Shown: one piece after another, positions 17,953-28,600 of the stretch
Numbering within the stretch: position 1 is the stretch's first letter
Layout: the number at the start of each line of letters is the position of its first letter
Origin: Escherichia phage AV126
Sequence record: OR352956.1
Length of the DNA: 64,000 nt
Strand: one strand, 5' to 3'
The notes under the pieces: generated by a model
Database searches by the model: none
What the model saw: the letters and a program-made list of their open reading frames with translations, nothing else
Told to the model about the DNA's origin: nothing
Program-made: the position numbers and the translations under genes

Positions 17953-20828
17953 TGTCAAGAGTTAAGCACAATATTGACAACACGTTTCAGTTGATTGAAG
18001 GGTTGGTTCAGTTTCTGGAAAGAAATACTGGGCTTACTATAGATCCTACGGTTCAGCACTACATTATCAACCCACAAAACGTATTGGCGAACAACAGACA
18101 CTTTATTAACTGGACAGCGCAGGAAGGGCAACCAAACGGTGACGCTACTACCGAAGGTCAATCTGTGCTTATCACTGGTTTTGCTTATGCATATTTGGCT
18201 ACAGGGGATAAAAAATATCTTGAATCTGCCGAAAAGTATTGGCAAGCTTATATAGATGGCTTCTTCGGGGGCCAACCTATTCCTGATCCTCCGGCTAAAT
18301 ATCGTCCCAACTGGATCATCAATGGTAAAGAACCACGTTTAGCACATTACCCTCTCACAGACGATGGGTATCCTACGCACGGTGGGTTCAAAGGTAGCAT
18401 GATGACTTGGATTAACGGAAGAACTGTTATTCCTAAAGGTGCGCCACATTGGGGAGAATATTTAGATAAAGCTTGGTTTGCTTTCAATGGCAATCTTGGT
18501 TGGAACTCCGTTAACGCAACAGTTTATGCAATTAACCCAGACGGTTCAACCAACTGGAAAGAATATGGAGATCAGTGGGACGTTGAATGGATTATAGATC
18601 GTCTAGGACGTAAAGTTGATTGGGATGGTAACATTTTATCTACAGGTCACAGCTTTGCAGAATATGGAACAGTGCAACTTAAAAATGCTTCTGTGAACGG
18701 GGATTATAAATTCAACTATGCTACATGCAACCCTGTAGAACACGGTGGATATCTGCTTAAGCGTAATGAGATGTGGCATAACCGTCCTGTAAACGTTCCG
18801 GTAGAGTTAGGTTATCAAGATAATGCTTCCGATGCTGAAACGTGGTGGTGCGATGCAAACTACTTGATGTATCAGATCACAGGGGAGAGAAAATATTGGC
18901 TTTGCTGGCAATCTTCTTTATTGTTGTGTCAAGACTACTCAAACATTGATATGTTTGATAAATTCTTCCGTAGATCTACGACAGCGATAATTCCTTTTAC
19001 AGATGGTATATCTTATGATTACTCATATCCATCTACAGCAATACCTAAATACTCTCGTGACGAATTAGGCTACACAGTAATTCGCCAAGATGTTGCAGCC
19101 CAAACAACTCTAGAACAACAGGCAGTTTGGTTCAGAGTGGATCAGAATTCAAAACTGCGTATTGAGTTTCAAGGTGTAGATGATGCAGGGGAAGGTATTC
19201 TTTTCCGTCCAGAATTAGAATTAAGCAAGACTAAGAGTGAAACAGACACAGTGACATATCGTTGTGGCTTACCTCTTGGTGCAGCTAATATGACTAAGAT
19301 GGATATACCTTTATCTAGTTTTATGCGCACCGAACCTCCTGGAGGTGGTGTATATATTATTGCTGAACCTAGAATCATTGTTGACTGGGGAAGCAATACT
19401 GTGATACAATATAAATATGCAACTGGTATTGCTGGGACAAATAGTGATCAGATAGTTTCTGCTAATATGGATTCAGATGGTGGTTTTACTGTTGGGTTTT
19501 GGTTAACACCAACTAAAACAGCCAATTTAAAATCTATTACGTATCGTTCATACGCAGATGATTTTAACATCACTATTACGGATTCCGCAGGTTGGAGATG
19601 GTGGGCCATGTTAGAAAAAACAAATTCTACATGGGTTACTAAAGCTTTAAGTCCTGCTGATTTCAAATTAAGTACTTGGCAACCTAATCACGATGACACA
19701 GAGACAAAACCTTCGTCAATAAACCTGACTGCTATTGATCAGATCAATATTGCATTGGATTCTGAACCTGCAAATGGCTTGACGGGGGCAATCGATTTTT
19801 ATTGCGTTAACGATATCCCATCTTTGTATTCTTCAGCCACTGGTGATGATTACACAATGTATTTCAGGGTTACAGTTTCATCTGAAAATCCTTATACAGC
19901 AAAACTTGGAGATTGTACAATACTGGACTACAAACTTGACAGTTTGAATTATACTCCAGGAATCATTCCATTTTCTAATATTAGTGATCCTAACACAGCA
20001 TTATATGACGGTTGGCGCGGTATTCCTTACCCAGGTTATCAATACCCATCCTTATATTGTTTTAAAGGGAGAGATATTGATTGGGTTCGTATGAACAACA
20101 GTATAGACTTTTTATATGATTCACAAATGTGGTTTTATAATAAGTTTGCCCCTGTGATGCCTGGGCCAATGGCACAAGCTTATGTTTGGGATCGTTGGGA
20201 TGCTCATAAATACGGAAACAAGAATGAGTTCACAATGTATCATTGGAACGATAAAGCTTGGGATGGTTATGAAGCACGAGCATTCTTCTGTGCGTGTCAT
20301 ACAGTATACGAACTGAAACAACGAGGAGCAGAAGTTCCTGAAAAACTTTTAACAGTTTGTAAAAACTGGATCAACTATCTGAAGTGGTTCCAAGACAACA
20401 ACGAAGGAAGAACACCAACAATATTTTATCCCAATGGAGAAGTGGCAGCGCCTGTAGATGACTTTACAAGTCACATGTCTGCGCTCTTTATGGCAGGATG
20501 TGCTATAATGGGGATGGCTGGATATGATTCAGAAATTCCTAACATTAAAATAGTAGCAGACCGCTGTTTTGAACTTATTCAGGAAAATTATATTGTTCTT
20601 GGTCCTAATCATGTTATGAATGGCTGTTGGAGTTCCGCTCCTAGACCAGATAGTGATAACGGAGTCTTCTTTGGCTTCCACGCTGGAGAGTTGTTACGTG
20701 GTTTTGGGTTGTATGCTTTATACAAAAAACTTAATCCCCAAAATGCATTACCTGTTTTGGATTCGAGCAATATTCCTGCACTTACTGTTTTGACAATGGC
20801 AAACATTAGTGTGGACGTTACCGAGTAA
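17952..20828 (+). CDS. large tail-associated protein, possible glycan-hydrolase-like tailspike
   Basis: 958 aa, Trp/Tyr/Asn-rich; inserted between baseplate W-like and J-like genes; function inferred from position only. Confidence 0.3.
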   Translation: MSRVKHNIDNTFQLIEGLVQFLERNTGLTIDPTVQHYIINPQNVLANNRHFINWTAQEGQPNGDATTEGQSVLITGFAYAYLATGDKKYLESAEKYWQAYIDGFFGGQPIPDPPAKYRPNWIINGKEPRLAHYPLTDDGYPTHGGFKGSMMTWINGRTVIPKGAPHWGEYLDKAWFAFNGNLGWNSVNATVYAINPDGSTNWKEYGDQWDVEWIIDRLGRKVDWDGNILSTGHSFAEYGTVQLKNASVNGDYKFNYATCNPVEHGGYLLKRNEMWHNRPVNVPVELGYQDNASDAETWWCDANYLMYQITGERKYWLCWQSSLLLCQDYSNIDMFDKFFRRSTTAIIPFTDGISYDYSYPSTAIPKYSRDELGYTVIRQDVAAQTTLEQQAVWFRVDQNSKLRIEFQGVDDAGEGILFRPELELSKTKSETDTVTYRCGLPLGAANMTKMDIPLSSFMRTEPPGGGVYIIAEPRIIVDWGSNTVIQYKYATGIAGTNSDQIVSANMDSDGGFTVGFWLTPTKTANLKSITYRSYADDFNITITDSAGWRWWAMLEKTNSTWVTKALSPADFKLSTWQPNHDDTETKPSSINLTAIDQINIALDSEPANGLTGAIDFYCVNDIPSLYSSATGDDYTMYFRVTVSSENPYTAKLGDCTILDYKLDSLNYTPGIIPFSNISDPNTALYDGWRGIPYPGYQYPSLYCFKGRDIDWVRMNNSIDFLYDSQMWFYNKFAPVMPGPMAQAYVWDRWDAHKYGNKNEFTMYHWNDKAWDGYEARAFFCACHTVYELKQRGAEVPEKLLTVCKNWINYLKWFQDNNEGRTPTIFYPNGEVAAPVDDFTSHMSALFMAGCAIMGMAGYDSEIPNIKIVADRCFELIQENYIVLGPNHVMNGCWSSAPRPDSDNGVFFGFHAGELLRGFGLYALYKKLNPQNALPVLDSSNIPALTVLTMANISVDVTE

Positions 20829-20836
20829 GGGGTAAA

Positions 20837-22990
20837 ATGAAACAAGCTATATTTACTGTCACGCGAGACAAGAGAGTAAATGCGAGTTCATTTAACTACA
20901 CGACTGTTGATGGAACAGCAGTCGCTGGTAGAGATTATATTGCAAAATCGGGAACACTTGTGTTCCCTGATGATGCTGATTCTGCTACCATTGTGGTTGA
21001 AGTATTTGAACGACCAAAGAACTCAATAGATCTTAACTTCTCCCTCCAAGTTTCAGGGATTAGTCAAAATAACATGATGGTTGAAACGACCATCAATTGT
21101 ATTATAACTACGATCCAAGAAAATACTACTCCAATAACTTGGACTACAAAAGACGTTAAAATGTTCTCTCCTATGTATTGGACAATAGATTCTCAAGCAA
21201 CGGAAAGTTGTTCTATTGTATCTCATGGAGACTCTTTTACTGCAAGATTTGTAAACAGAACAACAGCAGGTTTGGCAGGGGTTATCTGGAGCACAGTTGA
21301 CAAATATGACCATAAAGGTGTTGGGTATTTACCCCACACAGATTTAAGTTCAGAGAAACTTTGGTTTAAAATGGAAATTAGTCAAAACATGCCAGGTTTT
21401 AAAGAAGAACCTTTGGTGCCAACTTTGACTGTAACTCTCTTGGATAAAAGTGTCCACTATGTTAGTTTAGGATTTTATGCTTCAGATATTTCAGAAGATG
21501 GTAAAACAGCTACAATCAAATTAGATTTTGGTAATATCTTTTCTGGTCCTAATAACGATATTCCTTTGGACATGAGTGCTGTAGATAATATTTTCTTCTC
21601 TTTGATTACAGCAAGGTATGAAGAAATAGAAGAGATTGTGCCTATTGATAGTCAAGAGGCTTGGTTTACTTTCACTCTCCTTGAACCTACTTCTGGTTAT
21701 AGCATCATGAAAGTCAGCAACCTTGTCCAGCCTGAACATGATATTCGTATGTGCACATCTTATGATGATATGTATAACCTGACTCCAGAGAGAGTTATTT
21801 ATAATACATATGCGCTAGGTTATCGTGGGATGATTAACCATTATAACGGAATGTCCCATTATTATGAGTTCTCATGGAATGGAACATCTTGGGCTTTAAA
21901 TAGATCTGTCTTCCTGAATCCTGCCACAGAAGCTTGGCTAAATAGTTTCCATTCTATAGCAAACGAGAAGGGCTACACAATAATGAACTCTTTAAGTTTT
22001 GAATTGATGAGCACAGTTTGTCCTGTAGAATGGGTCCAGCATGATTGGAACGATGCTCTTGCAGCAACAGGGTATGAACCTCCTAGTTATGTGTTGTCTC
22101 CAACTATTGACGAAGGTATGGAATATTTGCAAAATGTTATTAATAAAATAGCATCTATTTCGCAAGCTAATAATATTCCAGTTGTCATTCAAATTGGTGA
22201 GCCTTGGTGGTGGTATAATACAGCAAGTAAAATGCCTTGCATATATGATTACACTACCAAACTGGCATTCAACACAGAAACAGGTTTATTTGCACAAGAT
22301 GCAGGAACAATAGATAATTATAAAACAGGAACGCCGTTTGACGAATACTATGCATTTTTGTCTCGTAAACTAGGATTAAGAGTTACAAAGTTTGCAACAG
22401 ATACTAGAGCAACTTACCCAGGAGCCAAGGTAACATTGCTTCCGTTCTTGCCATCAATTATCGGCAACGGTTTGATGGAGTTTGTTAACTTCCCTAAAGA
22501 TTATTATATCCCAGAAAACTTCGACTTTTATTGTTCAGAATGTTATGACTGGTTGTTGGAAGGTAAGATGGAAAAATCTTTTGACGCTATCACAATACCT
22601 AATGAACAATTAGGTTTTAGTTATGATAAGATACATTATCTTGCAGGTTTTGTTCCAGATGCTACTCTTGCACCTTTGTATGGCTTTGATCCTAAATCAA
22701 ACTACCGCACATATCTTTGGAAGATGATTATAGGTAACATAGTGTTGAACGCCAATAAGTTTGACGGACTTACACAATATATATGGGCCTATCCTCAAAT
22801 AATGCATGATTCTATCACGGTAGTTAATTCTCAATCCCAAGTTTTCTATATGGGTAACGTGCCTTTGAACGTTTATTTACAGGATATCACTCTTAAACAG
22901 GTAAATGTTGAGATTGCCACCATAAGTGGAATTACATTAGCCACTAAATCTGGAGAAGATTTAGTAACAACACAAAAATTTTATATATAG
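20837..22990 (+). CDS. tail-associated protein with N-terminal Calx-beta-like domain
   Basis: N-terminus TVDGTAVAGRDYIAKSGTLVFPDDAD matches Calx-beta signature (DGTA..G.DY....GTL.F); 717 aa. Confidence 0.4.
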   Translation: MKQAIFTVTRDKRVNASSFNYTTVDGTAVAGRDYIAKSGTLVFPDDADSATIVVEVFERPKNSIDLNFSLQVSGISQNNMMVETTINCIITTIQENTTPITWTTKDVKMFSPMYWTIDSQATESCSIVSHGDSFTARFVNRTTAGLAGVIWSTVDKYDHKGVGYLPHTDLSSEKLWFKMEISQNMPGFKEEPLVPTLTVTLLDKSVHYVSLGFYASDISEDGKTATIKLDFGNIFSGPNNDIPLDMSAVDNIFFSLITARYEEIEEIVPIDSQEAWFTFTLLEPTSGYSIMKVSNLVQPEHDIRMCTSYDDMYNLTPERVIYNTYALGYRGMINHYNGMSHYYEFSWNGTSWALNRSVFLNPATEAWLNSFHSIANEKGYTIMNSLSFELMSTVCPVEWVQHDWNDALAATGYEPPSYVLSPTIDEGMEYLQNVINKIASISQANNIPVVIQIGEPWWWYNTASKMPCIYDYTTKLAFNTETGLFAQDAGTIDNYKTGTPFDEYYAFLSRKLGLRVTKFATDTRATYPGAKVTLLPFLPSIIGNGLMEFVNFPKDYYIPENFDFYCSECYDWLLEGKMEKSFDAITIPNEQLGFSYDKIHYLAGFVPDATLAPLYGFDPKSNYRTYLWKMIIGNIVLNANKFDGLTQYIWAYPQIMHDSITVVNSQSQVFYMGNVPLNVYLQDITLKQVNVEIATISGITLATKSGEDLVTTQKFYI

Positions 22991-22998
22991 GAGTAAAA

Positions 22999-25005
22999 AT
23001 GTCAACTACAATTACTAATTTACCCGAAACATCAAAAGTTAATGGTTCTGATTACCTGGTTTTAGACCAACCTGATAAGACTGTTAAAAGCACAGTTTCC
23101 AACTTTCTTAAAGTTGCTGGAATATACAAGCATTTCTCCTCTTTTTACGAGATGATTGCATCCACGGAGGAAGAGTTACCTGTAGATTCAGTATGCTCAA
23201 CCGGCGGCACAATGTGGGTTAGGTCTGCTACTCAGCCGGCATTAACATCCTTTACCCCTATAAGTGCGATTTGCGGAGATGATTTCGGCATAACCGCTGG
23301 AGGGTCTGTCCCTGGCCAGACCATATCTGATTTCCTAACTGTAGCTTACACATCTGGGTGCCGTGGGTACTTCAAGTCAGTCGGTGAAGTTACTGTAACC
23401 AGCAGTATAGAACTATTGTCGATTGATAAAAACTTAGTTGTTGATTGGTCTGGCATAAAGCTGTTCGGGGCCTCTGATGGGGTGGAAATGCACCTGTCAT
23501 CAACCGAGATTCAGTCTTCACTTCTTGCTGATATGGATCGTGGCTCTACAGTTGTGCGGGTGGCCGGGGCTGTAGAGGGTGATTTGATTTACATAGAGGA
23601 TAACGAGAAGTACGAGACTCAGTGGGGATTTAACTCCAGGGAGTTGTTTATTGCAGAGCGTGAGTCTGGTTCTGATATGAAAATTGATCGACCTTCCCTT
23701 TTCAGGCACTTGATCGCAAACAACGTTAAGGTGAACAGGTACAAACCAGTAAGGTTGATTTTCAACAACTTCAAGATGGAGCATTTCAATAACCGTGATA
23801 ACTCATCTTTTGTGAATGTAGGCTCCGTGTCATTCGGGACTTCATCTTCGTGGTTTCGCGGTTTTTATATGCCTGTTTTTTCTGGTGACGTGGAGACTAG
23901 CGGCGGTTCTTCATACTCATTGATAGCTTGCTACATGCCGAGGGTTGGTAATGTAGTTGCTAATAGGTGTCAATACCCTATTAGCCCAGCAGCAGGCACT
24001 TATGACACAGTTATTGAGAGCATCACAGCAACATTCTGCCGACATGCTGCCGCTCCAACAACTTGGTTCAATAAGTTTGAGGTTAAAAAGTGCTTCGGCT
24101 ACAACAACTTCGCCACGATGGACTCCCACGCGGGTTTTGATGCTAAATGGCGTAATGTGTTCGCAACGGAAGAACAAGACATGCCGAATATAAGATGCAT
24201 TGGTGGTGAGATTACCGATATCAATATAGTTGCCAGCTTAGGTACAACCCCTGCGGAAGACCCCCAGATAGGTCTCGTTACATTCACTGGTGATGCTTCT
24301 ATGTACAGAGATTGGATTGCCACTAATGTTACGCTCAATTATAAGAACCGAACCGATGATATTTTCGCATTACCATGGCAGGCTGATAATGTCTATTACG
24401 AAAATATTAACTGCATGGGGGGCTTTATTAGATGCGCAAACACAGCATCAAAAATAAAAACAGTAACATTAACAAACATCAATGCCAGCGTGAGACTGGT
24501 AGGTAACTGCGGAAATCTGAAAACATTAATAAACAACAGGGTAATTCCAGATGGTAGTTTCTACATGTATGAGAATGCACCGAACGCGAAGAGAACTACA
24601 TTATGGGAAGTTAACTGTGGGCATACTTCGGGGGCGTCTGCTAACAAAGTTTTAAAGATTTTTGATAACTATGGAACATCAGAATCACAAAACCTACTAG
24701 TAAAAGTTAAGTCGTGCTCTTCATATAATAACGGAGGATCCGTTGCTTATATTGAGAAGACGTACCTAGTAAATCATAAGCTCAGCGCGAACTCTTCCGC
24801 GTCGATATCAGGACCTGTGAATGAAACTCGCATAAACGGCGTGACAGATTCGGACATATCACTCAATGTAACATTAACTAATTCTGCGGGATACACACAG
24901 TCACCAGATATAAACGCGCATTTCTTTGAGCTAACTATAGCTACAGCCACAAGTAGACCGAATAACGTATTCGGTATAACTGTAGAGATATCAAAACTCA
25001 ATTGA
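22999..25005 (+). CDS. tailspike / receptor-binding protein (chimeric)
   Basis: 668 aa; AT-rich conserved-looking N-terminal anchor (MSTTITNLPETSKVNGSDYLVLDQ), then body with higher GC and different codon usage. Confidence 0.5.
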   Translation: MSTTITNLPETSKVNGSDYLVLDQPDKTVKSTVSNFLKVAGIYKHFSSFYEMIASTEEELPVDSVCSTGGTMWVRSATQPALTSFTPISAICGDDFGITAGGSVPGQTISDFLTVAYTSGCRGYFKSVGEVTVTSSIELLSIDKNLVVDWSGIKLFGASDGVEMHLSSTEIQSSLLADMDRGSTVVRVAGAVEGDLIYIEDNEKYETQWGFNSRELFIAERESGSDMKIDRPSLFRHLIANNVKVNRYKPVRLIFNNFKMEHFNNRDNSSFVNVGSVSFGTSSSWFRGFYMPVFSGDVETSGGSSYSLIACYMPRVGNVVANRCQYPISPAAGTYDTVIESITATFCRHAAAPTTWFNKFEVKKCFGYNNFATMDSHAGFDAKWRNVFATEEQDMPNIRCIGGEITDINIVASLGTTPAEDPQIGLVTFTGDASMYRDWIATNVTLNYKNRTDDIFALPWQADNVYYENINCMGGFIRCANTASKIKTVTLTNINASVRLVGNCGNLKTLINNRVIPDGSFYMYENAPNAKRTTLWEVNCGHTSGASANKVLKIFDNYGTSESQNLLVKVKSCSSYNNGGSVAYIEKTYLVNHKLSANSSASISGPVNETRINGVTDSDISLNVTLTNSAGYTQSPDINAHFFELTIATATSRPNNVFGITVEISKLN

Positions 25006-25026
25006 CACACCACAAATAAAAACTAG

Positions 25027-25042
25027 TCCTGCTTCGGCGGGG
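25027..25042 (+). terminator. UUCG-tetraloop hairpin after tailspike gene (no U-tract)
   Basis: CCTGC-TTCG-GCGGG, same motif family as terminator at 13861; followed by GTAATCATT. Confidence 0.3.
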
Positions 25043-25072
25043 TAATCATTGAGAATAACAATAGGAGTACAT

Positions 25073-25171
25073 ATGGAATCTCAACTCAGTCAACCTAAGC
25101 AGGTTATCAACGTCAAAGTGAACAAGCAGAGTATCGCTCATGATTTAAAAAGTAATGAGAACGCACTATGA
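25073..25171 (+). CDS. small hypothetical protein (32 aa)
   Basis: ATG 7 nt after AGGAG SD; stop overlaps next start (ATGA). Confidence 0.3.
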   Translation: MESQLSQPKQVINVKVNKQSIAHDLKSNENAL

Positions 25172-25410
25172 GAAAATTTTTAATAGGTATGTTCTGTACA
25201 TATCCTGATAATAAAGTCAGTTCTACTAAAGTCTGGAACGCTGTAGGCATGTCGGTTATGACAGGCATGTTTATCTTTTTAGGAATAGAAAAAGAAATTC
25301 CTGAATGGATGGGTTGGGCTTTTGTTTTCATGATAACCCCTTCTCGCCTCATGAAAAATCTTATTGATTTACGTTGGGGCAGATCACAATCTACCAAAGA
25401 GGATGACTAA
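25168..25410 (+). CDS. small membrane protein, holin-like topology
   Basis: 80 aa; two hydrophobic segments (VWNAVGMSVMTGMFIFLGI; WMGWAFVFMITP) and charged C-terminus (RWGRSQSTKEDD). Confidence 0.3.
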   Translation: MRKFLIGMFCTYPDNKVSSTKVWNAVGMSVMTGMFIFLGIEKEIPEWMGWAFVFMITPSRLMKNLIDLRWGRSQSTKEDD

Positions 25411-26897
25411 TGGACGAATATGGTTTGACAGATGCGGGATTTGTAATCCCGACTTTTGACGATGTTTTAAACAACTACATGACAGCAGTAAAAAACACAT
25501 TTGGTGCAGATGCAGCCACTTCGGAAGATACTGTGATCGGACAACTGTTTAGAATAATTGCATACACAGATTACACATTGTGGGAAGGTATGCAAGGGGT
25601 TTATAATACTCAAACACTGGATGGTGCAGAAGGTATTTATCTTGACGAAATCTTTTCTAAACGTGGTTTCTATCGAGCAGGGGCAGCAGCAAGTACAGGT
25701 TATGCATATGTTAAGAGTAATAACAAAGCAGCTTGGACTTATGAGCTAGGCACGGATATTTACTTCAACTCTGATAGTGATATGAACTACTATGTTAGCA
25801 CACCAACTATGTTGAATGCTAAGATTGCAGCTTATCAAATCTCTCGTGCTAATGCAACTGCTACAGGTGTTCCAAATATTACTTTTTATGCACAAAGTGC
25901 GGTAGACGGAGGACTAAACAGTAAAACACTTGCACCTGGTTCTTCTACATTTATAACAGATCTTGAAACTTTTATCAAGGCGAACTTAACAGAGGCTGAT
26001 CGTAGTCTTGTATTTTCTGATTCTGGTAACTTGTCAATTGGTTTTACTTCTTTAACCAGTGATACTCCAGTGGGATTAGTAACTCCTATCAAATTTTATG
26101 CTAGTGTTCCAGTTGGAACCAAATGGAGTGAAATTCCGGTAGTTGCAGCAGAGAAAGGATACAATCCGGTGGGTGTGGAGTCTATTACAGGGATATCTTC
26201 TACCTTTACAGGTTATCTTGATAGTGGTAACTTCTATTCGTTTTCTCCTGGTCGAGATGTTGAGACAGATGCAGAATTCCGCTCTCGTTTCAATGACAAC
26301 GTTGACGAAGCTAACGCAGGGACACGAGCAGCTATTGTGAAAGCTCTGTTACTTACAGATGGTGTTACTAAGGTGAAGATTTATGATAACCCTACGTTAC
26401 ATGATCAAGAACATGCTCCAGCTATGACTTTCCAGACTATAGTCTATGGAGGGAGTGCTGAAGAAGTTGCTGAAGTTATTTACAAAACTAAACCAATCAA
26501 CAGTTTGACACATGGAACAACTAATATAACTGTTACAACGGAAGACGGAGGACAAGAAATTATTCGTTTTTCTCCTGGTGCTTCTGCTACGTATTCCGTA
26601 AAACTTGTTTATCAAACTGTCAACGGAACAACTTTAAGTGGAACAGAAAAACAAAACATTGTAGAAGCTTTACAAAACCTGCAAGCTTACTTTGAATTAG
26701 GTTCTTCAGTAACGAACGATCAAATCAAAGGTGTTATTTATGCAGCACTTGCTTTTGGACGCTTGACTTCTCTTCGTGTTTATGTTAAACTTAATACTGA
26801 GGATGACAGTAAATATACAGAGAATAATATAGTTCCTGCTTATAATGTTGTCCCTTCTTTTGACCTTGATAACATTTCTTACGAGTATGGAGTGTAA
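25410..26897 (+). CDS. baseplate J-like protein
   Basis: 495 aa; LDGAEGIYLDEIFSKRGFYRAGAAASTGYAYV resembles the baseplate-J motif; followed by I-like gene and tail fibre. Confidence 0.45.
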   Translation: MDEYGLTDAGFVIPTFDDVLNNYMTAVKNTFGADAATSEDTVIGQLFRIIAYTDYTLWEGMQGVYNTQTLDGAEGIYLDEIFSKRGFYRAGAAASTGYAYVKSNNKAAWTYELGTDIYFNSDSDMNYYVSTPTMLNAKIAAYQISRANATATGVPNITFYAQSAVDGGLNSKTLAPGSSTFITDLETFIKANLTEADRSLVFSDSGNLSIGFTSLTSDTPVGLVTPIKFYASVPVGTKWSEIPVVAAEKGYNPVGVESITGISSTFTGYLDSGNFYSFSPGRDVETDAEFRSRFNDNVDEANAGTRAAIVKALLLTDGVTKVKIYDNPTLHDQEHAPAMTFQTIVYGGSAEEVAEVIYKTKPINSLTHGTTNITVTTEDGGQEIIRFSPGASATYSVKLVYQTVNGTTLSGTEKQNIVEALQNLQAYFELGSSVTNDQIKGVIYAALAFGRLTSLRVYVKLNTEDDSKYTENNIVPAYNVVPSFDLDNISYEYGV

Positions 26898-26899
26898 AA

Positions 26900-27529
26900 A
26901 TGGCAGTGAGTGTTGACCATGTAACAACTTGGGCCAGTATCAATGAAGACGTTAAAAACCTTCTGATTGAAGATTTTAAATCTTCTCCTAACATTGTCAA
27001 GCTCCTCTACATCGTATCCAGTGAAAAGCAAAAGATAGATCAGGCAATGATCTATCTTGCTAAACACCGCTTGATCTCCACAGCCACAGGCAAATACCTA
27101 GATATCTTAGGAGAAGAAATGGGGATCGAACGTAATGGCTCTGATGATGAAGAGTATAGAACAATATTAAAAATCAGGGCTTACCGCGTAGCCTCATCGG
27201 GGACTCGTGGTGACATAATTGATATCTTCGCCCGTTTCACAGGAACCGAGCGTGAAACGCTTAATACTTACGTAGGTTTGAATAAAACCTTTGATGTGTT
27301 TTTCTACAACCTGTGTCTTCAATCTGATCAAGCTTTAGAGCAGTTGCTAAGTGTTTTTCCTATTATTAGCAGCTACCGTCTTGGAGCAAAAGCAGGATCA
27401 GCTTTTGGTTTTAGTTCTTATTATGCTACCAAACCGCCTCATGGTATTGGTGGTTTAGGTTCCCTGTACATGGAATCTACTGGGGATGAAACAGGACGCA
27501 TGTGTACGCTTCTCAAGCAAATAGATTAA
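26900..27529 (+). CDS. putative baseplate/tail protein (P2 gpI-like position)
   Basis: 209 aa between J-like gene and tail fibre. Confidence 0.35.
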   Translation: MAVSVDHVTTWASINEDVKNLLIEDFKSSPNIVKLLYIVSSEKQKIDQAMIYLAKHRLISTATGKYLDILGEEMGIERNGSDDEEYRTILKIRAYRVASSGTRGDIIDIFARFTGTERETLNTYVGLNKTFDVFFYNLCLQSDQALEQLLSVFPIISSYRLGAKAGSAFGFSSYYATKPPHGIGGLGSLYMESTGDETGRMCTLLKQID

Positions 27530-27538
27530 GGAGTTTAA

Positions 27539-28600
27539 ATGGCGAAGCCAATATATTATCCTGACTGGGCTACACAAACTGTAACGCTCCCAGGAACTTT
27601 AAACACAAACAAAATTAGACCTAAAGAAACCATCCGCACAGTTGGTATGGATTATGGTCAAATCATGACTTGCGAAGAAATGAACTGGATTCTTAATAAT
27701 ATCGGTTTATGGATTCGTTATTTGGTGGATGACTTTATTCCAACTTTACCTAATACTTACTTGCCTTTAGTTGGAACTAAGATTACAATGGCAGGTGATG
27801 CTACTGGTGAGGCTACTTGGAACGGTGATAAAGAAGTTATTTTATCTATCCAAGTTCAAGATAACAGTCATAATCACTTATCGGCAAACATTACAGATGC
27901 TACTAGTTCAATAGTAACACCAAATGTGTTGGTAAAACGTGATGCAGGTGGTGCTATTTATGGTGGTGATGTTTATGTTAATGGTACTTCCACAACAGAT
28001 CCTGCAACCCTGTTTTTCAAGAACTTTGCAGGACAGACTAATGGTGAGATTTCTGCCGAATACCAAAGTGGAGGTCAGCTTTATATTTATCGTAGAAATC
28101 CTAGCACAGGTAGTGTAGCCGCAGGTGTTCGTTTATATGATGCAGGTTATGTTCTAATAGACAATCCAAGATCAAACAATGGACAAGACACTTCAAACGG
28201 AAATGCTTTAGTTCGCTTAGATTATCTGAATTCTCGTTTGACCTCTCTTCAGAACACATTGCAGACGAATATTAACACTGTTCAAAACAACTTGAATAAT
28301 GTTAACAACAACCTCTCTTCTCGTATAAACAATGTAGAAAGTAATCATCAAAGTCAGATTACAAATAACTACAACTATGCTAACGGAACCTTTGTAAGAG
28401 ATATTCGTTATACTAGCCAGGGTGTGTATTATCCGCCAGGGAACGAAGTTTCTTGGACTTATATCTGTTCTTCTGGTTATGTTCTTTCTGGTATTATTGT
28501 TCAGGAAACAGGTCGTAGTTCTGCGGATAACATTGGTGGGGTTTACTTCAAACGCCTCCAGCGCAACGTTAACGGAAACTGGTACGATATTGGAGGCTAA
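27539..28600 (+). CDS. tail fibre protein
   Basis: 353 aa; Asn/Gln/Thr-rich with coiled-coil (LDYLNSRLTSLQNTLQTNINTVQNNLNNVNNNLSSRINNVESN); directly upstream of tail fibre assembly gene. Confidence 0.55.
   Translation: MAKPIYYPDWATQTVTLPGTLNTNKIRPKETIRTVGMDYGQIMTCEEMNWILNNIGLWIRYLVDDFIPTLPNTYLPLVGTKITMAGDATGEATWNGDKEVILSIQVQDNSHNHLSANITDATSSIVTPNVLVKRDAGGAIYGGDVYVNGTSTTDPATLFFKNFAGQTNGEISAEYQSGGQLYIYRRNPSTGSVAAGVRLYDAGYVLIDNPRSNNGQDTSNGNALVRLDYLNSRLTSLQNTLQTNINTVQNNLNNVNNNLSSRINNVESNHQSQITNNYNYANGTFVRDIRYTSQGVYYPPGNEVSWTYICSSGYVLSGIIVQETGRSSADNIGGVYFKRLQRNVNGNWYDIGG

Noticed and set aside
25003-25031. TTGACA hexamer at 25003-25008 as a promoter
   Set aside because: No acceptable -10 element at 16-18 nt spacing; it overlaps the tailspike stop codon.
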